Shown here: positions 61,743-64,000 of the stretch, piece after piece
Numbering within the stretch: position 1 is the stretch's first letter
Layout: each line of letters opens with the position of its first letter
Origin: Blastocatellia bacterium
Lineage (GTDB): Bacteria; Acidobacteriota; Blastocatellia; RBC074
DNA length: 64,000 nucleotides
NCBI GenBank assembly: GCA_035331565.1
Contig: DAOLKO010000017.1
Location: 30,832-94,831 of the forward strand
Direction: 5' to 3'
Made by a program: the position numbers and the translations under genes
The notes under the pieces: model-generated
What the model was told of the DNA's origin: nothing
What the model saw: the letters and a program-made list of their open reading frames with translations, nothing else
Databases searched by the model: none

Positions 61743-64000
61743 CTATTCGCTACGCAAAGCCGGCAGCGGATCAATCAATGTGACGCGGCGCGCGGGCAGG
61801 AAACACGCCGCCGCCGCCACCAACGTCAAGACCAGTGAAACACCCAGCCACGTCAACGGATCGCCCGGCTCGACCGCGAACAGCAAGCCGGCCATCACGC
61901 GTCGTAACGCCAGCGCGCCGACGAAGCCCAACGCCAGTCCGAGCGCGACCAGCACCAGCCCCTGCCGCAAAACCAGCATTAAAATTTTGCCGGGCGCAGC
62001 GCCCAGCACCAGCCGAATGCCAAGTTCGTGCGTCCGCTGATTGACCAGCAAGGCCATCACACCCGCCAAACCCGTCGCCGTAATGACCAGTGCCAGCAAC
62101 GCGAACAGTCCCAGCAGCAGCGCCGTCAAACGCGGCGAAGCCAGCGCCTCGCTGCGCGCTTCTTCCAGCGTGCGCACGTGGTCAATGGCCGTTTCGCCGT
62201 CAATCCGGTAAACCGCGTTGCGCAATTGCCGCACAACGCCCATCGGTTCCGCCGCCGTACGCGCTAACAGGAAGCCGCCGCCGCTTGTTTGCGCCACCGG
62301 CGCGTAAAGTTCATCAACCGCTTCCTGATTCAAACCGTAGTTTTTACTGTCGCCGATCACGCCGACAACCGTCACCCAGGTTTCGCCTCGATCAAGACTG
62401 ATGCGGCGTCCCACGGGGTTTTCGTTACCCCACCGATGCCGCGCCAGCGTCTGATTGACGACCACGGCCCGCGCGGCTTTGTCGCCGTCGGCCTCCGATA
62501 GAAAGCGCCCGCTGATCAGCGGCTGGCGGAGGGTTTGCAAATAATCCGGGCTGACAATACGGACATCGGCTTGCGGCGCGAGTTCGCTTTCGGCCACCGG
62601 ACGGCCTTCGATGATGAAATCGCGACTGTTGGGGCCACGCGCAATGCCCTGCGGGTTAAGCGGATAGTTACCGGCAATCGCCGCCGACTGCACGCCGGGC
62701 ACCGATTTGATGACGTCGAGTACGCGCAACGAAAAATCCTGGTACTGCTGATTTGTCGTGTACTTCGACCAGTTCGGGCTGAGACGCATCACGACCACAC
62801 GTTCGGGATCAAACCCCGGACTGACCTGTTGCAGCTTAAGAAAGCTGCGCAGCGTCAATCCGGCACCGACCAGCAGCATGAACGAAAGCGCCACTTGCCC
62901 GACAACCAGCGCGCCGCGCAAACGCTGCCGAGCGACGCCCACCGTCGTTTGTCCACCTTCTTTCAACGCCGAAGTCAGACTCACTCCGGTTGAAAGCGCC
63001 GGAACCAGTCCGAAAAGCAATCCCGTCAAGACCGAAACCAGCAAGGTGAAGAGCAGCACCGAACCGTTCAGCGTGATTTCGCCGGCGCGCGGCGTGAAGC
63101 GCGCGGCAAAGTCCACCAGCAAGTTCAGGCTGAACGCCGCCAGCAAAATCCCCAACAGCCCGCCCGTCAGCGAAAGCAGAGCGCTTTCGGTCAGCAACTG
63201 CCGGATCAATCGGCCACGACTTGCGCCCAATGCCGCGCGGACGGCCATTTCGCGTTCGCGCCGCATCACGCGCGCCAGCGTCAGGTTGGCGACATTTGCG
63301 CAAGCAATCAGCAAAACCAGTCCCGCCGTGCCCAGCAAAATCAAAAACGTCGGGCGCGCGTCTTTCGTCAGCACTTCGCGCAACGAAGCCGACGCCAGTT
63401 GATAACCATTACTCGCCGGATAATCCGCCGGATGTTCTTGTTTGATGCGCGCAGCAATCGCCGACAAATCCGCCTGCGCCTGCGCCTGCGAAATGCCTGA
63501 TTTCAATCGCCCGAAAACCGTCATCATCCGCGCGCGGCGATTTTCTTTGAAGCCTTCGGACGAGCGCGTAGGGCAGGCCGAAGTCGCCATGTAAACATCG
63601 TTTTTGTTCGGGAATTCCGGGATCGGCGGCAACACGCCGATGACTGTGTGCGGGCGATTGTTCATCTGAAACACCTTACCCACGATGTTCGGATCGCCGT
63701 GATGACTGCGCTCCCAGTAATCGTGGCTGAGGATCAGCACCGCCTCCGCGCCGTGCTGTTCGTCGTCCGGCAAAAAACCGCGACCGAGTTTCGGTTGCAC
63801 GCCCAGCACGTCGAAGAAGTTCGCCGACACCACGGCGGTTTGCACGCGCTCCGGCTCGCTGTGGCCAAAAAGCGTGAATGCCATTGCATGGTATTCGACC
63901 AGTTCATCCAGCGTCTGTGACTGCGCGCGGTAATCGGCGATTTCCTTGACCGAAAAACCCAGGGAATCTATTCCGGCCAGCGGCGCTTGTTGTTTGAGAG
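61743..64000 (-). CDS. ABC transporter permease, ADOP (acidobacterial duplicated orphan permease) / MacB-FtsX type; 5' end outside the window
   Basis: Two FtsX 4-TM modules separated by MacB_PCD-like periplasmic domains. The ORF track starts at 63884, but the reading frame is open to the window edge. Confidence 0.8.
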   Translation of the reverse strand, partial: LKQQAPLAGIDSLGFSVKEIADYRAQSQTLDELVEYHAMAFTLFGHSEPERVQTAVVSANFFDVLGVQPKLGRGFLPDDEQHGAEAVLILSHDYWERSHHGDPNIVGKVFQMNNRPHTVIGVLPPIPEFPNKNDVYMATSACPTRSSEGFKENRRARMMTVFGRLKSGISQAQAQADLSAIAARIKQEHPADYPASNGYQLASASLREVLTKDARPTFLILLGTAGLVLLIACANVANLTLARVMRREREMAVRAALGASRGRLIRQLLTESALLSLTGGLLGILLAAFSLNLLVDFAARFTPRAGEITLNGSVLLFTLLVSVLTGLLFGLVPALSTGVSLTSALKEGGQTTVGVARQRLRGALVVGQVALSFMLLVGAGLTLRSFLKLQQVSPGFDPERVVVMRLSPNWSKYTTNQQYQDFSLRVLDVIKSVPGVQSAAIAGNYPLNPQGIARGPNSRDFIIEGRPVAESELAPQADVRIVSPDYLQTLRQPLISGRFLSEADGDKAARAVVVNQTLARHRWGNENPVGRRISLDRGETWVTVVGVIGDSKNYGLNQEAVDELYAPVAQTSGGGFLLARTAAEPMGVVRQLRNAVYRIDGETAIDHVRTLEEARSEALASPRLTALLLGLFALLALVITATGLAGVMALLVNQRTHELGIRLVLGAAPGKILMLVLRQGLVLVALGLALGFVGALALRRVMAGLLFAVEPGDPLTWLGVSLVLTLVAAAACFLPARRVTLIDPLPALRSE

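Overview
This is a high-GC (about 60-65%) bacterial chromosomal segment. Its gene content looks Acidobacteria-like: Ser/Thr kinases paired with FGE-sulfatase-domain proteins, a kinase with a PD40 beta-propeller tail, a TonB-dependent receptor with a carboxypeptidase-regulatory-like N-domain, and an ADOP-type duplicated FtsX permease. Housekeeping genes (hpnH, ileS, lspA, lgt, tatA, ribE, cmk, ltaE, hemW, comM, comEA) are interspersed with accessory blocks. The notable items are as follows. (1) A tandemly duplicated two-gene module (kinase + FGE-domain protein) in which one kinase copy has lost its catalytic motifs. (2) A glycan capping/export-like fragment comprising a GT1-methyltransferase fusion, a GDPD and a Wzt-type ABC ATPase with a carbohydrate-binding tail, but with no Wzm permease. 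(3) A degraded island containing an Rpn/DUF4351-like remnant and a helicase fragment, bracketed by an 18-nt direct repeat. (4) An ECF-sigma/STK operon lying divergent to a roughly 10.5 kb locus of uncharacterised secreted proteins; this locus includes a giant beta-helix protein, shared BACON-like/Ig-like modules, and a recurring palindromic upstream element. (5) Several unusually long perfect inverted repeats between convergent genes. No rRNA, tRNA or CRISPR array was found. Many long ORFs in the supplied track are antisense artefacts of the GC-rich coding strand.
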